From Spirochaetia bacterium (GTDB taxonomy: Bacteria > Spirochaetota > Spirochaetia > DSM-2461), in assembly GCA_963668315.1 (NCBI GenBank), contig OY764216.1, positions 4,864,001-4,928,000 on the forward strand: a stretch of 64,000 bases of DNA, written 5' to 3'. Shown here one piece after another: positions 20,029-30,784 of the stretch (position 1 is the first letter of the stretch; each line of letters starts with the position of its first letter). The position numbers and the translations under genes are program-made. A model generated the notes under the pieces. That model saw only the letters and a list, made by a program, of their open reading frames with translations, searched no databases and was not told where the DNA came from.

Positions 20029-21324
20029 TTGACATATCTACAACCTGTTTTATCATTAATTATGACTAATAGGGGAAAAAGAAAAGATATCATCAGAAGG
20101 AAAAGCTTTGGAGTCTTTCTTCTCATAATTTGTTTTTTACTGAATATTGTCATTTTCTCCGAGATCAATAACTACTCGAACATTCGAATGCTTTCCAACT
20201 ATCGGACTTTCCTCTATAACATCATTGATAAGACAGCTGAAATACTTTATGAAAAGTACTTCATGAATGAATCCTTATATAGGCGATATCTGAATAATGA
20301 AGAATTGAATCTTGAAAAGATACTAAGTGAGATGCGACAGTTCTCGCCTCTTTTTCTCGATATTGCATTAATCGAAAAACCTATTGCCAATCCGAGGCTT
20401 GATTACTCCATACGCGTGGCAGGAACAGAGTTATTTTTCAATTTCAAGATTTCCAATCAAAATGGATCATTATATGTGGAGGACAGATATATCCAGGTGG
20501 GGTATGACCTGGAAGCGACATTAAGAAATCTTCAGATTCTGGAAGATTTTACTCTGACGACATCATCCAAATCCTACCTCCTTATTTATGGATTGCGCCT
20601 GAAGCCCAAAAAACTTCCCCTATCATTCAATCAGATTCTTCTGAGTTTATTCTTCGGGATCCTCATATTTGTCCTGCACAGGAAGATAAGTAATAAGTTT
20701 CATTCCTACCTCTATAACTCCGAAGGTCTGGAGACAATAATCTTTCTTTTCGAGAAGACCGAGGAGTTTTCGGCCAATCACTCGAGGAATGTGGCTGAAA
20801 TATCCCATTTTCTGGGGAAAAAATACGGATTGAAGAGAAAGAAATTAAAGGACCTGAAAGTCGCGGCATTCCTTCACGATATTGGAAAAATCTCCGTACC
20901 TGTCAATATATTGAATAAGAGCGAAGCCCTGTCGAAAGACGAATTCGGTGAAATCAAAAAGCATGTTATATACTCGGCAGAGATAATTGAACATTTTGAC
21001 AGTCTGAAACATCTGAGAGACATAATATTATACCATCATGAGAAGTTAGATGGTTCGGGGTACCCCGAAGGACTGCGAGAAAACCAGATTCCCCGGGAAA
21101 GCAAGATAATCGCTGTGGCTGATATATTTGAGGCGTTGGTGGGAGAACGTCCGTACAGGTCTCCCCTTGATAAACTGGACGCTCTGGACATCATGAAGAG
21201 GATGCCCCTGGATCATGAGATCCTTTCCATTCTGATATTCAATATAGAAGAGGTCTGCACACTGATCAAACATAAAAAAAAGAATCAGCAATATGAATAC
21301 AAACATATTTTCCGGTATAAATGA
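20029..21324 (+). CDS. Membrane HD-GYP c-di-GMP phosphodiesterase
   Basis: Two TM segments; LHDIGK, HHEKLDGSGYP, RPYR; alternative start ATG 20062. Confidence 0.92.
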   Translation: MTYLQPVLSLIMTNRGKRKDIIRRKSFGVFLLIICFLLNIVIFSEINNYSNIRMLSNYRTFLYNIIDKTAEILYEKYFMNESLYRRYLNNEELNLEKILSEMRQFSPLFLDIALIEKPIANPRLDYSIRVAGTELFFNFKISNQNGSLYVEDRYIQVGYDLEATLRNLQILEDFTLTTSSKSYLLIYGLRLKPKKLPLSFNQILLSLFFGILIFVLHRKISNKFHSYLYNSEGLETIIFLFEKTEEFSANHSRNVAEISHFLGKKYGLKRKKLKDLKVAAFLHDIGKISVPVNILNKSEALSKDEFGEIKKHVIYSAEIIEHFDSLKHLRDIILYHHEKLDGSGYPEGLRENQIPRESKIIAVADIFEALVGERPYRSPLDKLDALDIMKRMPLDHEILSILIFNIEEVCTLIKHKKKNQQYEYKHIFRYK

Positions 21325-21505
21325 TTTTGATGTGTTTTCCCGTTATTGCAAGAGAGACAAACGGTTTCAGATCCCCGGAAAAGTAAAACACCCCGAAATA
21401 ATGACAAGGGGAACCTTTGACATCAATTCGGGAGTACGCCTTTTCATGGCATAAACGTCGCTCCCGTGGACAGACATCGGGAATCAGCCATGTGAGCGAA
21501 CGGTT

Positions 21506-22348
21506 CTATTTTACCGGTATCCAGACTTCGAAGGAGCTCTCTTCATCCATGGTATAATAGACTTCGATTTCCGGTCCCCCAGCATGTTCATAGTTCGTTG
21601 CCGGAAACCATTCATGGAATACCCTCTTCCAGACCTCCTGAATGGCATCGGGCATTCTGCCCTTTCCGGGAAATACCGCCCAGGTATAGGAGTCGATTCT
21701 GTTCAAGGTATCAAGTTTTCCCCGGGGGGTATCACCCTCGATGGCAATCATATACTTGAACTGTTCCGTATCCATATCGAAATCATAGCAGATTCCCATA
21801 AGTCCCATACTTGTGATTCCGGGTACGATTTCGGAGACGGTACCGTCTTCCTCCTTGTCTTTCCAGAACTGCGGAATGATTCTGAAGTTTGCATCATCCC
21901 TTTTTGAGACCTCCGTTGAGACGCCAATGACAGAGAAGGCATCCTTCTTTTCAATTCGGTAATCCATTTTCTCTTCTCCCTTGATAGTGATAATAAGTTT
22001 CAGGGGAGGCGCCGCCTTCAGGATTGATTCTGAGCTTTGAGCCTGCATCGGGGTAATCCCGTGGAATCGTTTAAAAGCCTTGGTAAATGATCCCGCATTT
22101 TCATACCGGTATTTCAATGCGATATCAATTATCTTCTGCTGTCCGGATAGTATTTCCTGGGCGGCAAGAGACAGCCTTCTCTCCCGTATGTACTCGCCGA
22201 GTGTCCTGTCCGTGAGGATGCTGAACACCCGTAAAAAGTGGAATTTCGAGGAGTTGGCCTCTTGGGCTATCCGATCATAACTGAGTTCTTCGGTTATATG
22301 ATCTTCAACATATTCAAGGGCTCTGTTCAAATTCTTAATCCAGTCCAA
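21506..22348 (-). CDS. AraC-family regulator with a GyrI-like effector domain
   Basis: Likely TTG start at 22348 with AGGAGG RBS; N-terminal HTH, C-terminal GyrI-like domain (EWFP...GPEIEVY). Confidence 0.9.
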   Translation of the reverse strand: MDWIKNLNRALEYVEDHITEELSYDRIAQEANSSKFHFLRVFSILTDRTLGEYIRERRLSLAAQEILSGQQKIIDIALKYRYENAGSFTKAFKRFHGITPMQAQSSESILKAAPPLKLIITIKGEEKMDYRIEKKDAFSVIGVSTEVSKRDDANFRIIPQFWKDKEEDGTVSEIVPGITSMGLMGICYDFDMDTEQFKYMIAIEGDTPRGKLDTLNRIDSYTWAVFPGKGRMPDAIQEVWKRVFHEWFPATNYEHAGGPEIEVYYTMDEESSFEVWIPVK

Positions 22349-22472
22349 CCTGACCTCCTGATGAAACAATAGGGGAAAAGGATAATCATAGCTTGTCCTG
22401 AATTGCTCGGTTTTGTCTATATGGCTGGATTGCACTTCAAGTGAGAAAACAGACAAAGCCGGAAAATGTCGC

Positions 22473-24080
22473 CTACTCCCCCGATTTCACCTGGAGGGCG
22501 TCAAAACCGTGCTCTCCCGTACGGACGCGTATGACATCGTTGAGGGAATAGATGAAAATCTTACCGTCACCGATATAGCCGGTATAGAGAATCTTTCTTG
22601 CCGTATTCACAACTTCCTCCACGGGGACTTTGGCGATGACAATTTCAATGCGGATTTTGGCCCTCAGCTGCACATCCATGGGGACGCCCCGGTAGAATTC
22701 ATTGTATCCCTTCTGGACGCCGTATCCCGATACGGGAGTGACGGTCATTCCGGTAATCCCGATATCGTTCAAGGCGATTTTGAGATTTTCGAATTTTTCC
22801 TTCCGGGTGATGATCTCTATCTTCGTCAGGACCCCTGAATCGGCCATATCCTGGGGATAGTGGTAGTCCTCTTTCCTGAGGAGGGTATCCTTTCTCCCGT
22901 CATTGGTTTTATCCTGAAAGTAGGCATCGCTGTAATCGGAAGTATGGATATTGTAGGTAAAATCATAATAGGAACTCACCAGACCGTGTTCGCTCAGGTC
23001 CAGTCCTTCCAGCTCGTCCTCGGCAGAGACCCTGATATTCATGATTTTTTTCAGGATTCCCATGAATACGATGATGGCCAGGGAAGACCAGAGCAGAAGC
23101 GCCATCGTGCAGATCAGCAATTTTCCAAAGGTCGCCAGGTCACCGCCGTAAAAAAGTCCGTCCCCGGTGGAAAAAAGTCCCTTCCCGACGATACCGAGCA
23201 GTCCCCCCATGCCGAAAACGGCGGAAGATCCGACGGGGTCATCAATTTTCAGAGATTTATCGGTGTACTCAATAAACAGGATAACGATGAATCCAACAAA
23301 GATTCCCAAAAGAACCGATCCGATGAGGGAAAGATCCCCGCCCCCGGCGGAACCGGCAACCATTCCGGCCAGGAAACCGTTGAGGACCAGAGTGATATCC
23401 GTCTTTTTGTAACGGATCCAGGTGAAGGCGAAGCTTATGATGCCGGAGATGCAGGTGGATATCAGAAGACTCTGGCCATGGGATTCCATGGGGATCCCCG
23501 GTTCACCCCGGTAAGCGGCGGGAATAAGAATAAGCAGAATCCAGCAGAAGAGAATCAACATGGTCCCCTGGGCGCCCAGAGGAATGTTATGCCCGGGAAT
23601 AGCCTTGGAGATTCCCCCCTTGCTGTATTTCCCCAGACGCGGCCCGAGGATTTTCGCCCCGAAGAAGGCCGTGATTCCTCCCATGGTGCTGATCTGGACC
23701 AGCAGAAGGGAGTCGGAGAGGTGAAAGCTGTGAAGAATCTTCAGTCCTATGGGATAGATTACCACGGAGAGGAAAACACACGCTTCGAGATAGACGGAAA
23801 ACTTCATCCTTCCCGCCAGGGCGCCGGAAAAGACGGAAACCACTATGGCGCTCATCAGAGCCTTCTCCATCAGCTCTCCCTCATCATAGGCACTCCCCGC
23901 GAGGAGAAACTTTCCGACGAAGAAAAAGGCGACAATGGATATCCCGAATCCCATGATGCACCGCATTATTACATCTCCGGAATTTTTAGCCCGGGTATAA
24001 CCCGCTTCCATAACGGAGAATCCCGCCACCAGTAATACAATGACCGCCGATTCCAGCAGTAATAATACCGATTGTTCCAT
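22473..24080 (-). CDS. Divergent ammonium transporter (Amt) fused to a C-terminal PII domain
   Basis: EAGYTRAKN, GPRLGKY, IPGHN, IDDPVG, EGLDLSEHG, then PII (GITGMTV..V.GYG.QKG...YRG...GDGKIFI). Confidence 0.88.
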   Translation of the reverse strand: MEQSVLLLLESAVIVLLVAGFSVMEAGYTRAKNSGDVIMRCIMGFGISIVAFFFVGKFLLAGSAYDEGELMEKALMSAIVVSVFSGALAGRMKFSVYLEACVFLSVVIYPIGLKILHSFHLSDSLLLVQISTMGGITAFFGAKILGPRLGKYSKGGISKAIPGHNIPLGAQGTMLILFCWILLILIPAAYRGEPGIPMESHGQSLLISTCISGIISFAFTWIRYKKTDITLVLNGFLAGMVAGSAGGGDLSLIGSVLLGIFVGFIVILFIEYTDKSLKIDDPVGSSAVFGMGGLLGIVGKGLFSTGDGLFYGGDLATFGKLLICTMALLLWSSLAIIVFMGILKKIMNIRVSAEDELEGLDLSEHGLVSSYYDFTYNIHTSDYSDAYFQDKTNDGRKDTLLRKEDYHYPQDMADSGVLTKIEIITRKEKFENLKIALNDIGITGMTVTPVSGYGVQKGYNEFYRGVPMDVQLRAKIRIEIVIAKVPVEEVVNTARKILYTGYIGDGKIFIYSLNDVIRVRTGEHGFDALQVKSGE

Positions 24081-24098
24081 AGCTGTTCCTTCTTCCTT

Positions 24099-25208
24099 CT
24101 ATTTCCTGGGCAGATTGCCCTCTGCCAGGGTTTTTCTGATAATTCTCATGACTTCTAGATTCTGTTCCATGGTGCCGATGGTGATTCGGCTGTACTGGAA
24201 ATTTCCCCGGATAATCAGTCCCTTCTTCTCCAGTTCCGAAGCCAGGGCCGCGGTGTTATATCCCGAGTCGGCATAGAGAAAATTGGTATGGGAAGGATAG
24301 ACCTTCCAGCCCAGCTCCGTGAGATTCTCCGTCAGGTAACGCCGGCCTCTGGCATTTTCCGCCCTGGTTTTCTCAAGGAAATCCTCATCATCGAGGGCGG
24401 CCATGGCCCCGGCGAGAGCCGGTCTTCCCACGACGAATACGGGGGTGGTCTTCTGCAGGACGGAATGGAGTTCCTTGTTCATCAGGGAGTACCCGAGGCG
24501 ATGGCCCGCCATACCGTATATCTTGGAAAATGTCCTGATCACAATCAGGTTTCTGCCCTCGCCGATCTCGGAAACCATGCTCTCCACCGAAGGGTCGGTG
24601 GCATATTCGATATAGGCTTCGTCCACAACGGTGATGACATGGTCGGGCAGTCTTGAGAGAAATTGCCTCAGTTCGCCGCTGTCCACGGCGGTTCCCGTCG
24701 GATTATTGGGATTGCAGACAAACACCATTTTGGTCTTGTCGCTGACCGCGGCCTCCATGGCCGCCAGATCAAAGGTGAGATCGGAAGTCAGGGGAAGAAC
24801 CCGGGGAACGCCGCCGTTCCTTCTGCAGGAAGCCTGGTAGGCCTGAAAGGTCGGTTCACAGAGAACCACCTCGTCGCCCGTATTGATAAAGACTTCCCCC
24901 AGAAGAGCCAGTATGCCGCTGGCCCCGGAAGAGATAATGACATTATCCCCGCTGTCGTCAAAACCAAATTTCCTTCCTATTTTCTTACGCAGCTCCAGGC
25001 AGAAAGGATCGGGATAGATATGGGACTGCTTCTGGGCCTGTATCATAGCCTCCTCCGCCATGGGAGAAACGCCGAACTGGTTCTCGTTGGAGGCCAGTTT
25101 TAAGACCCGGGTCAGATGATACTTCTCCTGCACACTCTCTGCGGTCCGTCCCGGAATATAGGGCGGTATGTTTCTTATGCTCTCTTTGGTTAATAGATCA
25201 ACGTTCAA
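24099..25208 (-). CDS. Histidinol-phosphate/aromatic aminotransferase (class I/II PLP)
   Basis: KLASNEN, CNPNNPTG, DEAY, RTFSKIYGMAGHRLG. Confidence 0.9.
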   Translation of the reverse strand: MNVDLLTKESIRNIPPYIPGRTAESVQEKYHLTRVLKLASNENQFGVSPMAEEAMIQAQKQSHIYPDPFCLELRKKIGRKFGFDDSGDNVIISSGASGILALLGEVFINTGDEVVLCEPTFQAYQASCRRNGGVPRVLPLTSDLTFDLAAMEAAVSDKTKMVFVCNPNNPTGTAVDSGELRQFLSRLPDHVITVVDEAYIEYATDPSVESMVSEIGEGRNLIVIRTFSKIYGMAGHRLGYSLMNKELHSVLQKTTPVFVVGRPALAGAMAALDDEDFLEKTRAENARGRRYLTENLTELGWKVYPSHTNFLYADSGYNTAALASELEKKGLIIRGNFQYSRITIGTMEQNLEVMRIIRKTLAEGNLPRK

Positions 25209-25232
25209 TGGTTCTTCCCTCTTTTCTGATAA

Positions 25233-26864
25233 TTAATTTACGTCGGCGAACCGGTAATAGGGTTCACCCTTGTCATTGTAGGTGATTCCCGTGATACGGG
25301 GATTGCGCAATCCGATGTATTTCATTGTGGTCATGGGGATGGTATAGAAGTTGTCCCCGATCAGTGTTCTGGATGCGTCGTGCAGATAGGCGTTGCGCTT
25401 AACCGGATCCATCTCGAAGTTGGAAAGTTCAATGGCCTTGTCGTAATCGGGATCATTGACATTTCCGAAGTTCAGGGACGATTCGGAAGTGTAGAGGGAG
25501 AGGTAGTTGATCGGATCGTTGAAATCCGCCGTCCAGCTGAAGCGGAGCAGTTCAAAACTGCCGTCCCTCTTTGTGGCGTTATACACCTGAGATTCCTGGG
25601 CCTGCAGTTCAATGCCGATTCCCAGAGACTCCTTCAGCTGTGCCTGAACAGCCTGAGCCATAAGGGCGTCCTTGTCGCTGCTGGGATAGATATAGGTCAG
25701 AACGGGAAATCCCTTCCCTTCGGGATAACCCGCTTCGGCCAGAAGGGAACGGGCTTTATCCCTGTTCTCCGTGAAAAGGGGATCCCCTTCCCGGGAGTAA
25801 TATTCCGAACCCGCATTGGACATCATGTACTTGGGTACCCAGGAGTAGCTGGCCTCGTAGTTGCTCCCCAGGGCTTTGCAGATGGCATCACGGCTGAGAC
25901 CGAGGGACAGGGCTGCCCGGACACGGGGGTCGTCCAGAGGCTTGACGTCGATATTGGGCAGAATGGCGGTGGTGGTAAGCATGTGCCAGATGGCCAGGTC
26001 CGGCTTACCGGCGTACTTTGTCTCGATATAGTCGGGAAGACCGGCCACATAATCGATCTCACCCGATTCGTAGGCGGCGATACGGGCCTGGGAATCGCTG
26101 ATGAACTTGGTGGTGATTTTCTCGATTTTCACCTTGTCCGCATCGTAATAGTAGGGGTTTTTCTCCACCACATAGTACTGGTCCTGGACATATTCGGTCA
26201 TTCTGTAAGCCCCGTTCCCCAGAGAGGTGGAGGGATCTTTCATCCAGTTGGGATTCTCCGCCGTGGCGACACCCTTTTTCGTGGGGTAGAAGACGGGCAG
26301 GGATATCATTTTGGTAAAGTAGGGGCAGGGCGTCAGAAAACGGAACTGCAGGGTGTAATCGTCAAGGGCGACGACTCCCAGGTCGGCAAGCGGTCCGGTC
26401 CCCTTGTGTACCCCCTGCGCCCCTTCGATATTATAAAGCATTTCCGCATAAATGGAGTAGCTGTTATCGGGATCAAGAGCCCTTTCTATCGTGTTGATGA
26501 AGTCCGCGGCGGTGACGGACGATCCGTCGCTCCATTTTCCCTCTTTCCTGAGGCTGAAGGTCCATGTCAGCTGATCGTCGCTGACGGTATAGGCCGTAGC
26601 CGCCTCCATGACTTCCTCTCCTTTGTCGTTATATGACAAGAGGGGTGCCGAGCAGAGCTTGGAATAGCTGACCCAGGTCTGAATGGCCAGACTGGCCGGA
26701 TCCATGCTTCCGTCCTCCGACGTATCGGCTACGATAATTTCCTTAACTGCCGGCTCGGAAACGGCAGCCGCCTTCTCCCCGGCCTTTTCCTTGGTGCAGG
26801 CAGACAGCAGCAGCACCAGCGCCAGTCCCGTCAACAGGGAACCCTTGGTAATTTTTCTTCTCAT
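25233..26864 (-). CDS. oppA: Peptide ABC transporter substrate-binding lipoprotein
   Basis: Lipobox LSAC; WTFSLR..KWSDG..VTA.DF family 5 signature. Confidence 0.9.
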   Translation of the reverse strand: MRRKITKGSLLTGLALVLLLSACTKEKAGEKAAAVSEPAVKEIIVADTSEDGSMDPASLAIQTWVSYSKLCSAPLLSYNDKGEEVMEAATAYTVSDDQLTWTFSLRKEGKWSDGSSVTAADFINTIERALDPDNSYSIYAEMLYNIEGAQGVHKGTGPLADLGVVALDDYTLQFRFLTPCPYFTKMISLPVFYPTKKGVATAENPNWMKDPSTSLGNGAYRMTEYVQDQYYVVEKNPYYYDADKVKIEKITTKFISDSQARIAAYESGEIDYVAGLPDYIETKYAGKPDLAIWHMLTTTAILPNIDVKPLDDPRVRAALSLGLSRDAICKALGSNYEASYSWVPKYMMSNAGSEYYSREGDPLFTENRDKARSLLAEAGYPEGKGFPVLTYIYPSSDKDALMAQAVQAQLKESLGIGIELQAQESQVYNATKRDGSFELLRFSWTADFNDPINYLSLYTSESSLNFGNVNDPDYDKAIELSNFEMDPVKRNAYLHDASRTLIGDNFYTIPMTTMKYIGLRNPRITGITYNDKGEPYYRFADVN

Positions 26865-26916
26865 TTTTCCTTTCCTCCTATAGCAAATAGAATCATATAT
26901 ATTCTAATTACATAGA

Positions 26917-27894
26917 TTACAAATAGTTATAACACGAGACCCGTCTCGTTCCCTCAATGGCCACCGCGGGGGGCATCAGTTTACATTCGATCCGGCAGTC
27001 GGGACATCTGCTGGAAAAGGGACAGCCCCTGGGCACATTGATGGGGCTGGGGATCTCCCCTTCGAGCTTGATCCTCTTCTTGCTTCGGGCCTTGCGGGGA
27101 TCGGCGATGGGGGCGGCCGACATCAGAGCCTTCGTATAGGGGTGAAGCGGGTTATTGTACACTTCGTCGGCATCGCCGAATTCGACAAGCCTCCCCAGAT
27201 ACATGACGCCGATCTTGTCGCTGATGTGCCTGACCATGGTCAGATCGTGGGCGATGAAAAGATAGGAGATCGCCCTCTCCTCCTGCACTTTCTTCAGCAG
27301 GTTGAGGATCTGAGCCTGGATGGATACGTCCAGGGCCGAGATCGGTTCGTCGCAGATAATAAAGTCCGGATCCAGGGCCAGGGTGCGGGCTATGCCGATT
27401 CTCTGCCGCTGTCCTCCGGAAAACTCGAAGGGGTAGCGGTTGATGTGGTCGGGCTTCAGGCCGACCTGATCGAGCAGTGTCTTCACCACTTCCCTTCTCT
27501 CCCGGGCCGTGTACATGGAGTGGATTTCCATGGGCTCGGAAATGATCTCCTCCACCGTATCCCGGGGATCGAGACTGGAGTAGGGATCCTGGAAGATCAT
27601 CTGCATCTTTTTCCTGACCGGATACATTTTTCTGTTACTCAGGTGGGCGATGTCCTCGCCCTTATAGAGAATGGCCCCGTCGTCCGGTTCGTAGATTCTC
27701 ATGAGAGTTCTGGCCAGGGTGCTCTTCCCGCATCCGCTCTCCCCCACTAGCCCCACGGTCTCACCGGGCATGACGTCCAGACTCAGATCGTCCACAGCCT
27801 TGACATAGGAATTCACCTGTAACAGATTCTTCTTCACCAGAAAGTACTTCTTCAGATGCCTGACGCTCAGAACCGGATCCGCCGTGCTGCTCAT
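26917..27894 (-). CDS. oppF: Peptide ABC transporter ATP-binding protein
   Basis: GESGCGKS, FSGGQRQR, oligo_HPY tail. Confidence 0.93.
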   Translation of the reverse strand: MSSTADPVLSVRHLKKYFLVKKNLLQVNSYVKAVDDLSLDVMPGETVGLVGESGCGKSTLARTLMRIYEPDDGAILYKGEDIAHLSNRKMYPVRKKMQMIFQDPYSSLDPRDTVEEIISEPMEIHSMYTARERREVVKTLLDQVGLKPDHINRYPFEFSGGQRQRIGIARTLALDPDFIICDEPISALDVSIQAQILNLLKKVQEERAISYLFIAHDLTMVRHISDKIGVMYLGRLVEFGDADEVYNNPLHPYTKALMSAAPIADPRKARSKKRIKLEGEIPSPINVPRGCPFSSRCPDCRIECKLMPPAVAIEGTRRVSCYNYL

Positions 27895-28934
27895 CGGGAT
27901 ACCTCCTCATTCTGCTTCGCCACAATCTCATCGGCCCTTTCCCGGCAGTACTCCCAGCATTTGGCCAGACGGGAATCGGGAAAAACGGTGCTCTCCGGGG
28001 CGTAATCCCGGCAGATATTCATGGCTTTCCCGCAGCGGGGCATAAAGGCGCATCCCCCTTTCAGCTTCAGAAGATCGGGGGGGGTACCGGGAATGGAAGC
28101 CAGATAGCGGCGTCCTTCGCTCTCCCGGGGGGCGATGCTTTCGAGTAGACCGGAGGTATAGGGATGGTGGGGATCGTAGAAAATCTCATCGGTCCGTCCG
28201 CTCTCGACGATTTCCCCGGCGTACATGATGTGAACCCGGTCGCAGATCTCCGCCACAACACCCATGTCGTGGGTGATCATGATGATCGATGTCCGGTTCT
28301 TTTCGGTTATCTCCCTGAGCAGGTCAAGGATCTGCGCCTGAACCGTCACGTCCAGGGCCGTGGTCGGCTCATCGGCTATGATGAGCTTGGGATCGCAGGA
28401 GAGGGCTATGGCGATGATAATGCGCTGTCTCATGCCTCCGGAGAACTCAAAGGGGTACTGGTGGTAGCGCTGTTCCGCATGGGGAATGCCCACCCGGTTC
28501 ATCAGATCGACGGCCCTCTCCTTCGCCTCTTTTCGGGAGCATTTCTTATGCTTGATGATTCCTTCGGTGATCTGCCGCCCGATCCGCAGGAGGGGGTTGA
28601 GATAGCTCATGGGGTCCTGGAAAATCATGCTGACCTGATCTCCCCTGATCCGGGAAATCGCCCTGCCGTACTCCCTCTCGCTTCCCCGGAAACTTTCCGC
28701 CATGGGGGAGATATCCCGCCCGTCCAGAAGGATTTCTCCCTCCGTGATCCGGCCGTTCGATGCCAGGAGCCCCAGCATGGCCATCATGGAGACGCTTTTG
28801 CCCGAACCGGACTCGCCCACAATGCCGAGAATCTCCCCCGGCTCCAGGGCGTAGCTGAGATTTCTCACCGCCTTGACGATTCCGTTCTTTGTCTTGAATT
28901 CGACCGAAAGGTTCCTTACTTCCAACAATGCCAT
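27891..28934 (-). CDS. oppD: Peptide ABC transporter ATP-binding protein
   Basis: GESGSGKS, FSGGMRQR, HPYT. Confidence 0.93.
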   Translation of the reverse strand: MALLEVRNLSVEFKTKNGIVKAVRNLSYALEPGEILGIVGESGSGKSVSMMAMLGLLASNGRITEGEILLDGRDISPMAESFRGSEREYGRAISRIRGDQVSMIFQDPMSYLNPLLRIGRQITEGIIKHKKCSRKEAKERAVDLMNRVGIPHAEQRYHQYPFEFSGGMRQRIIIAIALSCDPKLIIADEPTTALDVTVQAQILDLLREITEKNRTSIIMITHDMGVVAEICDRVHIMYAGEIVESGRTDEIFYDPHHPYTSGLLESIAPRESEGRRYLASIPGTPPDLLKLKGGCAFMPRCGKAMNICRDYAPESTVFPDSRLAKCWEYCRERADEIVAKQNEEVSR

Positions 28935-28938
28935 GGTT

Positions 28939-29853
28939 CTACCTCTTCCCCCGGGGATTGAGCGCCTCGTTTAGTCCCTCGCCGATAAAGTTCAATGAAA
29001 AGATGATCACCGACAGCATCACAATGGGAAATATCATCTGATAGGGATAGACTTCCAGATACATGCGGGACGACTGGGCGAGGGTTCCCAGGCTGGCGTC
29101 GGGAGCGGAAATCCCTATGCCGATGAAGCTGAGGAAGGCTTCCATGAAGATGGCCTGGGGAATCATCAGGGTCGCTTTGACGATAATCGGCCCCATGGCG
29201 TTTTTCATAAGGTGGCGGAAAAGGATTCTCGTGGATGAGGCCCCCTGGATATAGGCGGCCAGGGAGAAATCCTGCTCTTTCAGGGAAATGACCTGGGCCC
29301 TCATGATCCGGGCGATATCGATCCAGCCGGATATACAGATGCCGATCATGATGCTCTTCACGTTGGCCCCCAGAATCAGCATGAGCAGAATGATATACAA
29401 AAGGACGGGGATGGCGTAGATAATATCCACCACGCGCATCATCAGCATATCCAGCCTTCCGCCGGCGTAACCGGAAAACCCTCCGTAAACCACGCCCAGG
29501 ATCACGTTGACCGCCGTGGTGACAAATCCGATGAGCAGGCTGATGCGGATGCCGTAGAAGACCCGGGTCAGAAGATCCCGCCCGAGCTGATCCGTTCCGA
29601 ACCAGTGGTCCAGCCGGGGGGGCTGATTGCCGATATCGCTGTTCATCCCGTCATAGGAATAGGGGGAGACCAGCGGGCCCAGAACGGCGGCGAGGATTAT
29701 CACGGTCAGGATGACGAAACCGGTCAGGGCCCTTTTATTCCCCTTGAACCGCTCCCATACGTCCCGTGCGAAGCGTTTGCTTTCGACGGCGGTCTCCCGG
29801 TTCTGCTGTTCCGAAGGATCAATCGGCTTAAAGTAATCTTCCCTGGCAAGCAT
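28939..29853 (-). CDS. oppC: Peptide ABC transporter permease
   Basis: HWFGTDQLGRD motif. Confidence 0.93.
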   Translation of the reverse strand: MLAREDYFKPIDPSEQQNRETAVESKRFARDVWERFKGNKRALTGFVILTVIILAAVLGPLVSPYSYDGMNSDIGNQPPRLDHWFGTDQLGRDLLTRVFYGIRISLLIGFVTTAVNVILGVVYGGFSGYAGGRLDMLMMRVVDIIYAIPVLLYIILLMLILGANVKSIMIGICISGWIDIARIMRAQVISLKEQDFSLAAYIQGASSTRILFRHLMKNAMGPIIVKATLMIPQAIFMEAFLSFIGIGISAPDASLGTLAQSSRMYLEVYPYQMIFPIVMLSVIIFSLNFIGEGLNEALNPRGKR

Positions 29854-29863
29854 CGCAAATCTC

Positions 29864-30784
29864 CTATTTATTGTCCAGTTTGATCCGGGGATCGACCAGC
29901 GCGCAGATGATATCGCTCAGCAGATTGAACAGGATGATGATCATTCCCACAAATACGGTGAGCCCCATGATGACGGTATAGTCCCTGTTGTTTATGCTGT
30001 TGATGAATTCTCTCCCGATTCCGGAGATGGTGAATATATTCTCCACCACGAAGCTGCCCGTTACCAGAAAGGCCATCATGGGGCCCGCGACGGTGATCAC
30101 CGGGAGCATGGCGTTCTTGAGGACATGCCTGACAAGAACGGCGAGAGTGGAGATGCCCTTGGCCCGCGCCATGGTCACATAATCCTGGTTCATGGCTTCG
30201 GCAAAGCTGGAGTGGACGAGGCGGGATATTTCCGAGATGGGGTAAACCGCCAGGGATACCACGGGAAGGATATAGTGGAGCGGGGTGGAGAGTCCCAGCA
30301 CGGGGAGCCATTTCAGAATAACCCCGAAGAGCATCATCAGGAGTATGGCGAATACGAAGTTGGGAATGCTGACACCCAGTGTGGAGAAGGTGAGAAGAAG
30401 CCCCCGGATTTTCTCGCTTTTGGTAACGGCCATCATGATTCCGATAACGATGCCCACCGCCATGGCCAGAGCGAAGGCGAGAAGTCCCAGTCGGAGGGTC
30501 ACGGGAAAACTGGAGGCGATAATATCATTGACGCTCACTCCGGTTTTTTTAAAGGAAACGCCCATATCCCCCCTCAGAAGCTGCTTCATATAGAGGATAT
30601 ACTGTTCATCAAGAGGCTGATCCAATCCGTAATGGCTCTCCAGCGTCTTTAGCATGGAGGGCGTGATATTCGCCGTATCGAAGGGGCTTCCGGGAATCAG
30701 CCTTGTCAGGAAGAAAGTCAGCGTCACCAGACAGAAGAGGGTGAACGCCCCCAAAATCAGTCTCTTAAGGATATACTTCACCAT
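29864..30784 (-). CDS. oppB: Peptide ABC transporter permease
   Basis: MVKYILKRL start at 30784 overlapping the MATE stop; ARAKG motif. Confidence 0.93.
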   Translation of the reverse strand: MVKYILKRLILGAFTLFCLVTLTFFLTRLIPGSPFDTANITPSMLKTLESHYGLDQPLDEQYILYMKQLLRGDMGVSFKKTGVSVNDIIASSFPVTLRLGLLAFALAMAVGIVIGIMMAVTKSEKIRGLLLTFSTLGVSIPNFVFAILLMMLFGVILKWLPVLGLSTPLHYILPVVSLAVYPISEISRLVHSSFAEAMNQDYVTMARAKGISTLAVLVRHVLKNAMLPVITVAGPMMAFLVTGSFVVENIFTISGIGREFINSINNRDYTVIMGLTVFVGMIIILFNLLSDIICALVDPRIKLDNK

